Shown piece after piece: positions 24,454 to 34,103 of a stretch of DNA of 49,274 bases; positions within the stretch are counted from its first letter, which is position 1, and the number at the start of each line of letters is the position of its first letter. The stretch covers positions 1 to 49,274 of the forward strand of contig DASPOK010000054.1 in the NCBI GenBank assembly GCA_035626075.1. The letters are read 5' to 3'. The notes below the pieces were generated by a model. That model saw only the letters and a list, made by a program, of their open reading frames with translations. It made no database searches and had not been told where the DNA came from. The DNA comes from Nitrososphaerales archaeon. Its GTDB lineage: Archaea > Thermoproteota > Nitrososphaeria > Nitrososphaerales > Gagatemarchaeaceae. Made by a program: the position numbers and the translations under genes.

Positions 24454-25719
24454 CTACTTCAGCACGCCGGATCCGATGAGACGCCAGCGGTCCGCGATTC
24501 GCCTGCTTATTGCCGCCCTCATTCCGCTTTCTATCGCGACGGGCTTCTTCAAGTCCATCTCGACAATGTCACCTCTGACCGAAGTCGCTACTGCCAGAGT
24601 GGAAGCTGTTCCAAGGTTGAGTCTCACATTCTCTCCGAGCTTGACCTTCTCGACCTTGACAAGCTCCGCAGAGCCGACGGCTGTCTCCAACAGCGCCACG
24701 TCCAGCGTCACGTGTTCTAGCGCATCGGGCAAGGTCCCGGGCCTTCCGATCACGCTCCCCACCATCTGGTCCCCCTTGGTGTAGGTTGGATCCAGATGTG
24801 TCCCGACCGCCACAAGCCCTCCAGGGCCGACCTTTTCGGTGACGCCTGCTCCTGTCTGAAGACTGGAAACCTTGGTGATGACGGGAGCGAACTTGCCGCT
24901 TCTCTCGTCAATCATCCCGGGCCTCAGTTCCACTTCCTCACCAACCTTCAGTTCCCCACGAGTGAGGCTCCCTCCAAGCACCCCCCCGGCCAGCCCCTTG
25001 ATCTCCGCCCCCGGTCTGTTGACATCGAAACTCCTCACCACATACATCAGCGGGTTCGCATTCACGTTCCGCTTCGGCGTTGGGATCACCTCTTCCAGTG
25101 ACTCTATCAGGGCGTCAATGTTGAGTCTCTGCTGAGCGGATATGGGAATGATGGGGGCGTGCTGGGCGACGGTCGCTTCGACGAACTTTTCGATTTGTGC
25201 GTGATTCTTCTTGGCCTCCAGGTCGGTCACCAGGTCCACCTTGTTCTGGGCGATGACTATCTTCGTCATCCCAAGCATCTGGAGGGCTTGTAGGTGCTCT
25301 CTCGTCTGGGGTTTTGGCACAGGCTCGTTGGCTGCTATGACCAGCAGGGCTCCGTCCATCAAGAAAGCTCCGGCGAGCATGTTTGTCATGAGGCTCTCGT
25401 GCCCTGGGCAGTCCACGAAGCTTACGGCCCGCAGGAACGTCGTCTTGCGGCCGCATATTGGGCACTTTGAACTGGTTGAGTAAGCACCTACACCATGATC
25501 TTGAAGGCATCTGTAGAAGGCTGCGTCAGCGTATCCCACCTTGATAGTAATCCCGCGTCGGAGTTCCTCGCTGTGTGCGCTGGCCCATATGCCAGTTATT
25601 GCCTGGGTCAGGGTGGTCTTGCCGTGGTCGACATGTCCTGAAGTACCTATGTTCACCTCGGGCTGCTTTGGAAGGAGGGACTGCGGCTGCCCTTGGTCGA
25701 CAAGTTCCTGCTCGGACAA
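24454..25719 (-). CDS. eif2g: translation initiation factor aIF2 gamma subunit
   Basis: NIGTSGHVDHGKTTL, a zinc knuckle CPICG, DCPGH and NKVD. Confidence 0.93.
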   Translation of the reverse strand: MSEQELVDQGQPQSLLPKQPEVNIGTSGHVDHGKTTLTQAITGIWASAHSEELRRGITIKVGYADAAFYRCLQDHGVGAYSTSSKCPICGRKTTFLRAVSFVDCPGHESLMTNMLAGAFLMDGALLVIAANEPVPKPQTREHLQALQMLGMTKIVIAQNKVDLVTDLEAKKNHAQIEKFVEATVAQHAPIIPISAQQRLNIDALIESLEEVIPTPKRNVNANPLMYVVRSFDVNRPGAEIKGLAGGVLGGSLTRGELKVGEEVELRPGMIDERSGKFAPVITKVSSLQTGAGVTEKVGPGGLVAVGTHLDPTYTKGDQMVGSVIGRPGTLPDALEHVTLDVALLETAVGSAELVKVEKVKLGENVRLNLGTASTLAVATSVRGDIVEMDLKKPVAIESGMRAAISRRIADRWRLIGSGVLK

Positions 25720-25742
25720 GACGGGCCGCCGTCTCTCTGGGC

Positions 25743-25751
25743 CTTTTTAAG
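25743..25751 (-). promoter_or_regulatory. TATA-like box for the aIF2gamma operon
   Basis: ctttttaag (minus-strand cttaaaaag) lies 24-32 nt upstream of ATG 25719. Confidence 0.4.
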
Positions 25752-25957
25752 TTCGGTTCAGGACGGGGCTCTGTCCAAGGGTAAATACCTCCGACACACC
25801 CCTTGGCTAGCGCCCCTGCGCCCATCGGGCTTGATTTCTCGGATTCCCCGACTGGCCCATGTCCGGCTCCCTGGCCTAGGTCGTTGCATCTTGCGACGAG
25901 ACTTGGGAAAGTATTTATCACGTGCCGGGAGCTGGTGCCCGGTTTCCGGGGAAGAGC

Positions 25958-26653
25958 ATGAGAGCAGTAGTTCTCGCTGGGGGCATGGGGATGAGGCTCC
26001 GACCTCTGACGGATGATAGGCCGAAGGCGCTCATCCCGGTGAAGGGCCGTCCTATCGCGGAATACCAAATCGAGTGGCTCGTCAAAGAAGGCGGCATCGA
26101 TGCTGTAACGTTCGCCTGCGGTTACAAGTGGGAGAGGCTCAAAGAGCACTTCGGTTCAAGCTTCAAAGGCATACCCATCGATTACTCTGTGGAGGAGGAG
26201 CCACTGGGGACAGGAGGTGGCGTGAAGAGAGCGCTTTCGAAGAACAAATCGGACGACATCCTTGTGGTCACGAACGGGGACATCATCACCGACCTTCCTC
26301 TTGGGCGGATGGTGGAAGCTCACAGGCAGGCTGGGGAGATTTCAGCCTCGATGCTGGTGGTGCCTTATCGGTCGCGGTTCGGAGTCGTGAAGATCGACAA
26401 GCTGAAGGTGGTGAGGGGCTTTGAAGAGAAGCCTGCATTTCCCGACGTCTGGATCAACGGCGGGGTGTATGTGCTCGACGCAAAAAGGGCGCAGAAGTAC
26501 CTCCCGGACAAGGGGGACATCGAGCGAGAGACGTTCCCGACCCTGGTGACGCGGGGTGAGTTGCTATCCTACCCGTACTATGGGGAGTGGGTGTTCGTTG
26601 ACTCGATCAAGGATCTGATGGAGCTCGAGGAGACGGCGAAGGCGTCTAGCTGA
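25958..26653 (+). CDS. sugar-phosphate nucleotidyltransferase (NDP-sugar pyrophosphorylase family)
   Basis: MRAVVLAGGMGMRLRPLTDDRPKALIPV...EEEPLGTGGG. Start moved to ATG 25958. Confidence 0.8.
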   Translation: MRAVVLAGGMGMRLRPLTDDRPKALIPVKGRPIAEYQIEWLVKEGGIDAVTFACGYKWERLKEHFGSSFKGIPIDYSVEEEPLGTGGGVKRALSKNKSDDILVVTNGDIITDLPLGRMVEAHRQAGEISASMLVVPYRSRFGVVKIDKLKVVRGFEEKPAFPDVWINGGVYVLDAKRAQKYLPDKGDIERETFPTLVTRGELLSYPYYGEWVFVDSIKDLMELEETAKASS

Positions 26654-26690
26654 GAAAAGACTTTAGTTCGGCACCCTCACGAAGGCAGGT

Positions 26691-27002
26691 GTGACCGAAT
26701 TCAAGAGGGCGGTCGAAGCCTCCAAGGTGCCTCCTGAAAGTATGCTGACTGTCGATGTCGCAGGAGAATCAGTCCTCATTGCCAACGTCGACGGCCGGTA
26801 CTACGGGATGGGGGCCATATGCACCCACGAGGAGTGGGACCTGTCCGAGGGAGCTCTCAGCGACACGGCCGTTACATGTGCCGGCCATGGATCAGTCTGG
26901 GACCTCAAGACAGGCACAGCCACCTTCGACGAGCCTCTCGAAAAGGAGCCGCTCTACGACGTAAAGGAGGAGGGCGGGTTCCTGTACGTAAGGAAGCGGT
27001 GA
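26691..27002 (+). CDS. Rieske [2Fe-2S] domain protein (ferredoxin-type)
   Basis: CTHEEW...17 aa...CAGHGSVWDLKTG (CxH / CxxH). Confidence 0.8.
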   Translation: MTEFKRAVEASKVPPESMLTVDVAGESVLIANVDGRYYGMGAICTHEEWDLSEGALSDTAVTCAGHGSVWDLKTGTATFDEPLEKEPLYDVKEEGGFLYVRKR

Positions 27003-27022
27003 CCCGTACCGCGGTCGTCTAA

Positions 27023-27032
27023 GTTATAATTA
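27023..27032 (+). promoter_or_regulatory. TATA-like box (gttataatta) for the MMPL gene
   Basis: 25-34 nt upstream of TTG 27057. Confidence 0.4.
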
Positions 27033-27056
27033 CTGCAAATTTGGTGGGCCCCTTGT

Positions 27057-30014
27057 TTGGCTTCAGCGCTTGCCGGTAAGCGGGGCTCGTCCCCGTTCAG
27101 GCGGCTCGGACGTCTTGTCTACAGTTGGAAGAGGTATGTGGTTGTCGCCTGGGTAATCGCCCTCGTCCTGGTCATCCCAATCATCTTCCAGGAGGGGAAG
27201 GTCACCTCTCTGCAGCTGGGGTCTGCCTCCGGGAGTCAGCTGGAATCTGTGAAGGCTTCGGACCTGATTTCGGAACAATTCTCGAGCAAGGTCCCAAACA
27301 GCACCTTGATAGTGGTCGTCTCCGGCCCGAACGTTACTTCGGCCGCCACTCAGAGCTTCGTCAGGCACCTTGTCAATTCCATCAAGAACGATTCTGAAAT
27401 CAAGGGGCTCAATCAGACCGTCGACGTATACTCCCCAATATACTCTGCAGTTAGCGGGGTCAATCGCGCTGTCTACTCTGCGGTAGACGGGGCCAACGGC
27501 ACAAGTCGCCTGCTCCTCGGCGTCCCGACGCTCTACCTGGGCGCATGGGAGAAGGCCTACGCAGCCTCCCGCGACGTGACCACAGCGGACGGCCTGGCCT
27601 TCAACTCCACTGCAGCTGCCCTCTATTCAGCTAACGCTACGACCTACGACCTCTACTCGTCGCACGTCCTCCAGCTCTTTGGCGGCGCCTGGGCCGCCGG
27701 TTGGACCAATCAAAGCCTCGCCAACCTCAGCATAGTTGCACGCGGGTCTGTTGCTGCGCGCGAGGCAGGTCTCCATTATCTCGATACCTACGCGCCGAAT
27801 TCCAAATCCTTTGGCACTTCTCTCCTGGGGACCATAAGCCTGGGAGACTACCTCACAGACACCAAGGCTCAGGCGGCGTCGCGACTCGACTCATTCGCGA
27901 TGAATTACGTGTCAAACTCAACGGGCTTCTCTCTGATGTTTGTCAACTCGACGTATTCGCTTGGTCGCAGCTATGCCGACTCTTCGCTATACTCTCTCGC
28001 CGGACGAATAGTTGCGAAGCCCAGCCCATACGGCATAGGGAGAGGGCTAAACACGCTGATTTCTTCGCTCGTGTCGCCGGCAGGGGACACTACTCTAGTG
28101 TCTGTTGACCTGAATACATCCTCCAATGCAAACGTCGTCGCCCTCAGGTCAGCCGTGTCCTCCACGCTGAGTACCTATGGCGCGGGCTCCGGAGTTCAGT
28201 CCGCTCTCGTCACCGGGAAAGATGCCATTTCGTACGACTTCGGCAATTCGGCACAGGCTGACCTGACAATAATCCTCCCAGTCACGATCATCCTTCTAAT
28301 CGTAGCTACAGGTCTCTTCTTCCGTTCGGTTCTCACGCCGTTCATCACTCTCGGAACGATAGGAGTGGCCTTGGGGATATCTCAGGTATTCATAGTCCTG
28401 GTAGGCACCTACGTCGCGAAGATCGACTTCACCGTCCCGACAATTCTGCTCACCATCCTGATTGGCGTCGGGACGGACTACAGCGTCTTTGTGGTCGCCC
28501 GATACAGGGAGGAGAGGGTCAAGGGAGCTTCAGTCCAACAGGCAGTCGAGACCTCAGTTACATGGGCAGGAGAGAGCATCGCGACCAGCGGTGCAACGGT
28601 AATCATCTCGTTCCTCGCCCTCGCCTTCACATCGGTCGTCTTTCTGCAGACGATTGGCTACGTCGTTGGTCTCGGCGTTCTTGTCGCCCTTCTCATCGCC
28701 CTGACGCTGGTCCCAGCGATCATGGGCTTGCTCGGAGGACGCACATTCTGGCCCAATTCCGGCGAACGATTCACCCGTTACTCGGTCTCAGTCCTCGCAA
28801 GGCTGGCGGGAAAGAGGGGATACTTCTCCAGGAGCGGTACTTTCGCGGTCAAGCGGGCAAAAGTCTTGATTGTGCTTGCAATAGTGGCCACTATCCCAGC
28901 TGTCTACGTGTACTCCACCGCGAGCCCCACCTTCGACTTCCTTTCGGCCGCACCGAGCAACTTGGATTCCGTTATCGCTTCCAACCACCTCACAGACACT
29001 TTCGGCGGAGGGAAGATCTTTCCTTCATACGTAGTCGTGACCTTTGAGCAGCCAGTGGTTTCCGGGCATTCTTTCAACTCAGGGGAAATGGCGACCGTCC
29101 AAGCTGTAATGGAAAGCGTCTCCGCCTCCCCAGACATTAGAAACGTCACAGGCCCGTTGATGCCCTACGGACAGCTGATCAGTTACAATTCCATCAACTA
29201 TTCCTCAGCGGCGGGGAGGCAGACCTTCAGCTCCGTGTTGCAGAGCATCGGCAAGGACAACAAAACCATCTTGGTAACTATGAACTTCGGCATCGATCCG
29301 TATTCGACCAAGGCCATATCCGACGCCCAGTCACTTCGCCAGTATCTGCACGCGAAGTTCGACTCGGCTCCTGGCGTCACCGGAATCTACCTCGGGGGAG
29401 CGTCTGGTTCAATCCTCGATACAAAGAGCGTCTTCGACGCCGAGTTCAACTCCGTTGTCCCCATCGTCGCCATCGGGGTGGCCATCGTTTTGCTGGTGGT
29501 CCTTGGTTCCCTCTTCCTTCCACTCTTCGCTGTTTTCTCGATCTTGATGAGCATAGTTTGGACACTTGCTGCCACCGGGCTCGTCTTTCGTCAGTTCTAC
29601 AACTACCAGATGCTCTTCCTCATACCGTTCTTCCTTTTCGTCGCCCTGCTGGGGCTTGGAATGGATTACAACATCTTCATCCTTACTCGCATCAGGGAAG
29701 AGGCTACCAAAGGGAAGCGTCTAGATGACGCCATTGTGGCGGCCATTGAGCAGACGGGAGGAATCATCACCGCGGCAGCTGTCATACTAGCGGGCTCTCT
29801 AGGCGCCCTCATGCTGTCGAGCGACCTCCTGCTGAAGGAGATCGGGTTCGCTTTCGCGTATTCAATCTTGATAGATGCCCTGATTGTCCGGACTTACCTT
29901 GTCCCCGCCGTGATGTCGACCGTCGGGAAGTGGAACTGGTATAACCCCATCCCACATCTGAGCCGGTCCAGGTCGCTCTTCGAACGGGAAGGAACACCTT
30001 CCGACACGGCTTAA
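27057..30014 (+). CDS. MMPL/RND-superfamily membrane transporter
   Basis: 985 aa with two repeats, each a large soluble loop followed by a TM bundle; GTDYSVFVVARYREE and GMDYNIFILTRIREE are MMPL hallmarks. Confidence 0.85.
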   Translation: MASALAGKRGSSPFRRLGRLVYSWKRYVVVAWVIALVLVIPIIFQEGKVTSLQLGSASGSQLESVKASDLISEQFSSKVPNSTLIVVVSGPNVTSAATQSFVRHLVNSIKNDSEIKGLNQTVDVYSPIYSAVSGVNRAVYSAVDGANGTSRLLLGVPTLYLGAWEKAYAASRDVTTADGLAFNSTAAALYSANATTYDLYSSHVLQLFGGAWAAGWTNQSLANLSIVARGSVAAREAGLHYLDTYAPNSKSFGTSLLGTISLGDYLTDTKAQAASRLDSFAMNYVSNSTGFSLMFVNSTYSLGRSYADSSLYSLAGRIVAKPSPYGIGRGLNTLISSLVSPAGDTTLVSVDLNTSSNANVVALRSAVSSTLSTYGAGSGVQSALVTGKDAISYDFGNSAQADLTIILPVTIILLIVATGLFFRSVLTPFITLGTIGVALGISQVFIVLVGTYVAKIDFTVPTILLTILIGVGTDYSVFVVARYREERVKGASVQQAVETSVTWAGESIATSGATVIISFLALAFTSVVFLQTIGYVVGLGVLVALLIALTLVPAIMGLLGGRTFWPNSGERFTRYSVSVLARLAGKRGYFSRSGTFAVKRAKVLIVLAIVATIPAVYVYSTASPTFDFLSAAPSNLDSVIASNHLTDTFGGGKIFPSYVVVTFEQPVVSGHSFNSGEMATVQAVMESVSASPDIRNVTGPLMPYGQLISYNSINYSSAAGRQTFSSVLQSIGKDNKTILVTMNFGIDPYSTKAISDAQSLRQYLHAKFDSAPGVTGIYLGGASGSILDTKSVFDAEFNSVVPIVAIGVAIVLLVVLGSLFLPLFAVFSILMSIVWTLAATGLVFRQFYNYQMLFLIPFFLFVALLGLGMDYNIFILTRIREEATKGKRLDDAIVAAIEQTGGIITAAAVILAGSLGALMLSSDLLLKEIGFAFAYSILIDALIVRTYLVPAVMSTVGKWNWYNPIPHLSRSRSLFEREGTPSDTA

Positions 30015-30039
30015 AGCGCGGGCTAGGCTGCTGCCCTCG

Positions 30040-30546
30040 TTGCAGCCCGACGAGATGAGTGATGAGGTCCTCGAGGAAGGTTGCTACTACCTTTCCCGGC
30101 TGGGCTTGACCTTTGACGAGATCGCAGTCCACTTCGCGACCTCCCCCGAAAGTGTGAAGAGCTTCGTGGAGGCTTACGAGGCTAAACTGAAGTCAGGCAG
30201 AGTTGTGGCGTCGGAGATCGACAGGGTCTTTTGGGAGGACGTGAAGAAGGAAGCCCAAGGGGATGTCAAACTCACGTTCCTTTCTGCGAAGGGCTTCCAC
30301 CACGCCTGGAAGTCCGAGCTCAAGAAGCTCGACGGCCCCGCCCTGATGTCAATTTATGAGTCAAGCAGGGACTTCCTCAGCGCAGACCCCAATCAGAAGT
30401 TTCTCGACTTTCCTCCACCTAGGGGCTACGACCCCCTCGCCATGGATCGGGAAGTGAGGAAGGCCGTCGATGTGTTAGTTGAGCTCCTCGCTGAGAAGTG
30501 GAATGACGAAAAGGGCTCGCCCCGGAGAGACTCCGCCAAACCTTAA
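30040..30546 (+). CDS. hypothetical protein, possible N-terminal HTH
   Basis: LGLTFDEIAVHFATSPESVKSFV looks HTH-like; the rest is acidic and helical. No family recognised. Alternative ATG at 30055. Confidence 0.4.
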   Translation: MQPDEMSDEVLEEGCYYLSRLGLTFDEIAVHFATSPESVKSFVEAYEAKLKSGRVVASEIDRVFWEDVKKEAQGDVKLTFLSAKGFHHAWKSELKKLDGPALMSIYESSRDFLSADPNQKFLDFPPPRGYDPLAMDREVRKAVDVLVELLAEKWNDEKGSPRRDSAKP

Positions 30547-30578
30547 AGAGGGCAGCGGTCCAGCGATTTCGAAAAAGG

Positions 30579-31619
30579 ATGCCACTGGACACGGTGGACA
30601 AGGACAAGCTGACCGCGGTCCTCCGCCAGTTCCAGGGGCGCCAAATCCTAGTTATAGGGGACGTAATAGTCAGCCGCTTCGTCGAGGTCGCGGCCCGTAA
30701 GCTCGCAAGAGAGGCCCCCGTCCCGGCAGGAGACTTCATCGGTCAAACACTTCTTCCTGGCGGGGCGGCCAACCTCGCTAGAGAGCTAGCGTCTCTAGGA
30801 GCTTCGGTCAGGCTCGTAGGCCTGCTCGGGTCCGACGAATACGGCAGCTGGCTGAAGTCAGAGTTCTCGAAGTACGGGCTCTCGTTCGGAGGAATGGTCA
30901 CGGACCCCGTCCGGCCCACTTCGTTGAGGACATGGTACATGGTGAATGGCTTCCACATGCTCAGAATAGACAAAGAGGATAGACGAGACGTACCCTCCGC
31001 CACTGCGAAGAAGCTCCTCGCAGAGGCTGAGCCTCAGATCAAGGACGTGGACTGCGTCATCCTCTCCGACTACGACAGGGGCGCCATAACGAGCTATCTC
31101 ATCGGCGGGGTCGTCTCCGCAGCCCATGCTTCAGACAAGATAGTCGTCGGCCAGCCCAAGATGCATCACTACCTCGACTTCTCGGGGGTCACCTACGTGA
31201 AGTCCAACCTGGAAGAGGCAGAGCATGCGACGGGCATGGCCATGGTCAACGAGACTAGCCTCAGGAACATGGGGGTGAACCTTCTCAGCAGACTCGAGTC
31301 GAAGGCGATTCTCATAACACGTGGGGAGCAGGGAGTGACGCTGTTCGACAAGGACAACGTGACTTTGTTCCCGCCCATCACGGGCAGGAAGAACCTGTTC
31401 AGCAAGGTAGGTGTCAGGGATGCCATGACCGGCGTCTTCAGCCTAGCCGTCGCGTCAGGGGGCAACCCTTACCAAGCGGCCGTATTGAGCAACATCGCCG
31501 GGGAAGCGAGGAGCGAACTCCCGAGAATTGCCTCCCTGTCTCTGCACGACCTCGAAGCCAAGGCTCAGAGTGCCCAGGACTTTGTCCAGCGGATAATACA
31601 AGCGCCGGTGAGGCGTTGA
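30579..31619 (+). CDS. PfkB-family sugar kinase, collinear with the HldE/RfaE heptose-7-phosphate kinase domain
   Basis: ILVIGDVIVSRF...REAPVPAG...PGGAANLARELASLGASVRLVGLLGSD...VILSDYDRGAI...ILITRGEQGVTLF. The usual GAGD anion-hole motif reads GVRD here. Confidence 0.65.
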   Translation: MPLDTVDKDKLTAVLRQFQGRQILVIGDVIVSRFVEVAARKLAREAPVPAGDFIGQTLLPGGAANLARELASLGASVRLVGLLGSDEYGSWLKSEFSKYGLSFGGMVTDPVRPTSLRTWYMVNGFHMLRIDKEDRRDVPSATAKKLLAEAEPQIKDVDCVILSDYDRGAITSYLIGGVVSAAHASDKIVVGQPKMHHYLDFSGVTYVKSNLEEAEHATGMAMVNETSLRNMGVNLLSRLESKAILITRGEQGVTLFDKDNVTLFPPITGRKNLFSKVGVRDAMTGVFSLAVASGGNPYQAAVLSNIAGEARSELPRIASLSLHDLEAKAQSAQDFVQRIIQAPVRR

Positions 31620-32437
31620 TGGAAACGGCCCAGGAAGTAGTCCGGCTGAAGGAGATTGCCAGAAACACAAGGAAGCTCATACTCGAAAGCCTCGCCGAAG
31701 CCGGCTCTGGCCACCCCGGGGGCTCCTTGTCGGCCGTCGAGCTACTTGTTACGCTCTACTTTCACGTCATGCGCCACGATCCCAAGAATCCCAATTGGGC
31801 CGACCGTGACAGGTTCTTCCTAAGCAAGGGACACGCAGCTCCCCTTCTGTATTCTATCTTGGCCCAGTCAGGTTACTTCCCTGTCGAAGAGCTGATGACC
31901 CTCAGGAAATTGGGCTCGCGCCTCCAGGGGCACCCTTCCATGGGGACACCCGGTGTCGAGGCACCCGCAGGCTCGGAGGGGATTGGCCTGTCCCTCGGAG
32001 TAGGGGTGTCCCTGGCCGCCAAGCTGGATAGGAGGCCTTACAGGACCTACGTGCTCATGGGAGACGGAGAACAGCAGGAGGGTCAAGTGTGGGAGGCGGC
32101 CATGGCTGCGTCCAAATTCAGACTTGATAACCTGACCGCCATCATCGACAGAAACGGCATCCAGCAGGACGGGCTCACTGAACAGATAATGCCACTCGAG
32201 CCTCTAGCAGCCAAATGGAGGGCCTTCAACTGGAATGTCATCGAGGTCGACGGGTACGACTTTCCACAGCTCATGGACGGATTCGACCTCGCCGCCGGCA
32301 CGCGGAACAGACCGACCATTATGGTGGCACACACGGTGAAGGGGAAGGGCATCTCGTTCATGGAATGGTCTCCACACTATCACGGCACCGCACCGGCCAA
32401 GGACAAACTCTCGGACGTCCTGAGCGAATTACGGTGA
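31616..32437 (+). CDS. transketolase, N-terminal subunit
   Basis: GSGHPGGSLS...LSKGHAAP...GSEGIGLS...MGDGEQQEG. The start (TTG 31616 or ATG 31619) overlaps the kinase stop. Confidence 0.9.
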   Translation: MMETAQEVVRLKEIARNTRKLILESLAEAGSGHPGGSLSAVELLVTLYFHVMRHDPKNPNWADRDRFFLSKGHAAPLLYSILAQSGYFPVEELMTLRKLGSRLQGHPSMGTPGVEAPAGSEGIGLSLGVGVSLAAKLDRRPYRTYVLMGDGEQQEGQVWEAAMAASKFRLDNLTAIIDRNGIQQDGLTEQIMPLEPLAAKWRAFNWNVIEVDGYDFPQLMDGFDLAAGTRNRPTIMVAHTVKGKGISFMEWSPHYHGTAPAKDKLSDVLSELR

Positions 32438-32441
32438 TTCC

Positions 32442-33128
32442 TTGAACGAAATTAGGATAGCCCCATCAATCTTGGCGTGGGACCTGGGAGATTTGCAGGA
32501 GGCTGTGGACATCTCCGTAAAAGGAGGGGCAGACCAGGTACACTTGGACGTCATCGACGGCCACTTTGCCCCGAACATCACGTTCGGGCCGGGTACGGTC
32601 AAGGCACTAAGAAGGCACTGCGACCTCAAATTCGACACCCACCTAATGATAGATAGGCCCCTCCAGTATGCGGAGAGGTTCCTCGATGCGGGTTCTGACC
32701 TGTTGTCCTTCCACGCCGAAGTGTTGAATGGGCCGACCTTCGACGAGCTCTCCAGGGTCGTGAAGGCGAAGGGAAAGGAGATAGGACTCGCGATAAAGCC
32801 CGAGACCGAACTCCCCGTCTGGGCGTCCGAGCGCCTCGACGAGATTTCGACCCTCGTGGTGATGACCGTTAACCCTGGATTCAGCGGGCAAAAGATGGAC
32901 ATGTCGGTCATGCCCAAGCTCCAAGAGCTAAGCCGACTGGTGGAGGAGAGGGGCTTGCGCACAGACATCGAGGTTGATGGAGGGGTCGAGCCCGAAAACG
33001 TGGGCGAGGTTGTCAAGAGAGGTGGAAACGTCCTGGTCGCAGGTGCGGGCGTGTACGCGAAAAAGGACCCCGTCGCCGCCATATCGGTTCTCAGGGAACA
33101 GGCAGAGGGAGCTAGGAGGTCACTCTGA
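32442..33128 (+). CDS. rpe: ribulose-phosphate 3-epimerase
   Basis: IAPSILAWDLGDL...VHLDVIDGHFAPNITFG...HLM...MTVNPGFSGQ...VDGG. Confidence 0.9.
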   Translation: MNEIRIAPSILAWDLGDLQEAVDISVKGGADQVHLDVIDGHFAPNITFGPGTVKALRRHCDLKFDTHLMIDRPLQYAERFLDAGSDLLSFHAEVLNGPTFDELSRVVKAKGKEIGLAIKPETELPVWASERLDEISTLVVMTVNPGFSGQKMDMSVMPKLQELSRLVEERGLRTDIEVDGGVEPENVGEVVKRGGNVLVAGAGVYAKKDPVAAISVLREQAEGARRSL

Positions 33129-34069
33129 TGCAGCCCAAGCAGGCTACCATGAGGGACGCCTACGGAGAAGCTCTCCTCGAGCTTGGCGCATCGAACCCTG
33201 AAGTGGTTGTCGTGGGGGCCGATACTACAGGCTCTCTGAAATCCGGGGTCTTCGCATCCAAATTCCCCGAGCGCTTCTTCAACGTCGGCATTGCAGAGCA
33301 GAACCTCGTCTCGATCGCCGCCGGCCTGGCTTTGGCAGGCAAGGTGGCCTACGCAGGTACCTACGCCATATTCGTCCCTGGGAAGTCGGTGGACCAGATT
33401 CGAAACAACATCGCCTACCCAAACTTGAACGTGAAGCTTGTTTGTTCCCACGGAGGGATATCGGTAGGACCCGACGGGGCCTCTCACCAGCAGGTCGAGG
33501 ACATAGCCATAATGAGATCCATCCCGAAGATGAGGGTGATTGTCCCTGCCGACGCAGCCTCAACCAAGGCGGCCATCAGGTCGATAGCCACCATTCCAGG
33601 GCCGTTCTATGTCCGCCTCACCCGACCGTCGACCCCTGTCGTCTACGATTCGAGCTTCGAATACAGGCTAGGCCGCGCGGAGGTGCTGCGGGAAGGCCCC
33701 GACGTCGCGATTTTCGCATGCGGGATCATGGTCGCCGAAGCGCTCAAGGCCGCAGACTCCCTGAAGGCGAGAGGCCTCTCGGCGTCCGTGGTTGACCTCC
33801 ATACAATCAAGCCTATCGACTCTGGGACGATTGCCAGATTCGCGCAGAAGTGCGGGAGGCTTGTCACCGCCGAGGAGCACAACATCATGGGGGGAATGGG
33901 TTCGGCCGTAGCCGAGGTGCTGGGCGAAGAGTGCCCGACGCCAATGAGGCGGGTCGGGGTCATGGACACCTTCGGCGAGAGTGGTGAATCGGGGGAACTG
34001 TTGAAGAAGTACGGCCTAACCTCGTCGAACATCGAGCAGGCCGCGCTGAGCCTGGCAAAAACCCATTAG
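33128..34069 (+). CDS. transketolase, C-terminal subunit
   Basis: MRDAYGEALLELG...FNVGIAEQNLV...GPDGASHQ.... ATG 33128 overlaps the rpe stop (TGATG). Confidence 0.9.
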   Translation: MQPKQATMRDAYGEALLELGASNPEVVVVGADTTGSLKSGVFASKFPERFFNVGIAEQNLVSIAAGLALAGKVAYAGTYAIFVPGKSVDQIRNNIAYPNLNVKLVCSHGGISVGPDGASHQQVEDIAIMRSIPKMRVIVPADAASTKAAIRSIATIPGPFYVRLTRPSTPVVYDSSFEYRLGRAEVLREGPDVAIFACGIMVAEALKAADSLKARGLSASVVDLHTIKPIDSGTIARFAQKCGRLVTAEEHNIMGGMGSAVAEVLGEECPTPMRRVGVMDTFGESGESGELLKKYGLTSSNIEQAALSLAKTH

Positions 34070-34103
34070 CCTTTAATATCAAACTTGGAAATCGGCCCCG
34101 GAT

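Noticed and set aside
32429-33487. 352-aa minus-strand ORF, together with similar long shadow ORFs: 2041..2610 +, 12661..13251 -, 17065..17631 -, 25526..26149 -, 48489..49112 -, 48521..49246 +
   Set aside because: All lie antisense to, or out of frame within, confidently identified conserved genes (rpe/tkt, glmS, gltX, infB, eif2g region, radA). They have Arg/Pro/Gly/Ser-rich composition typical of stop-poor alternative frames in GC-rich DNA.
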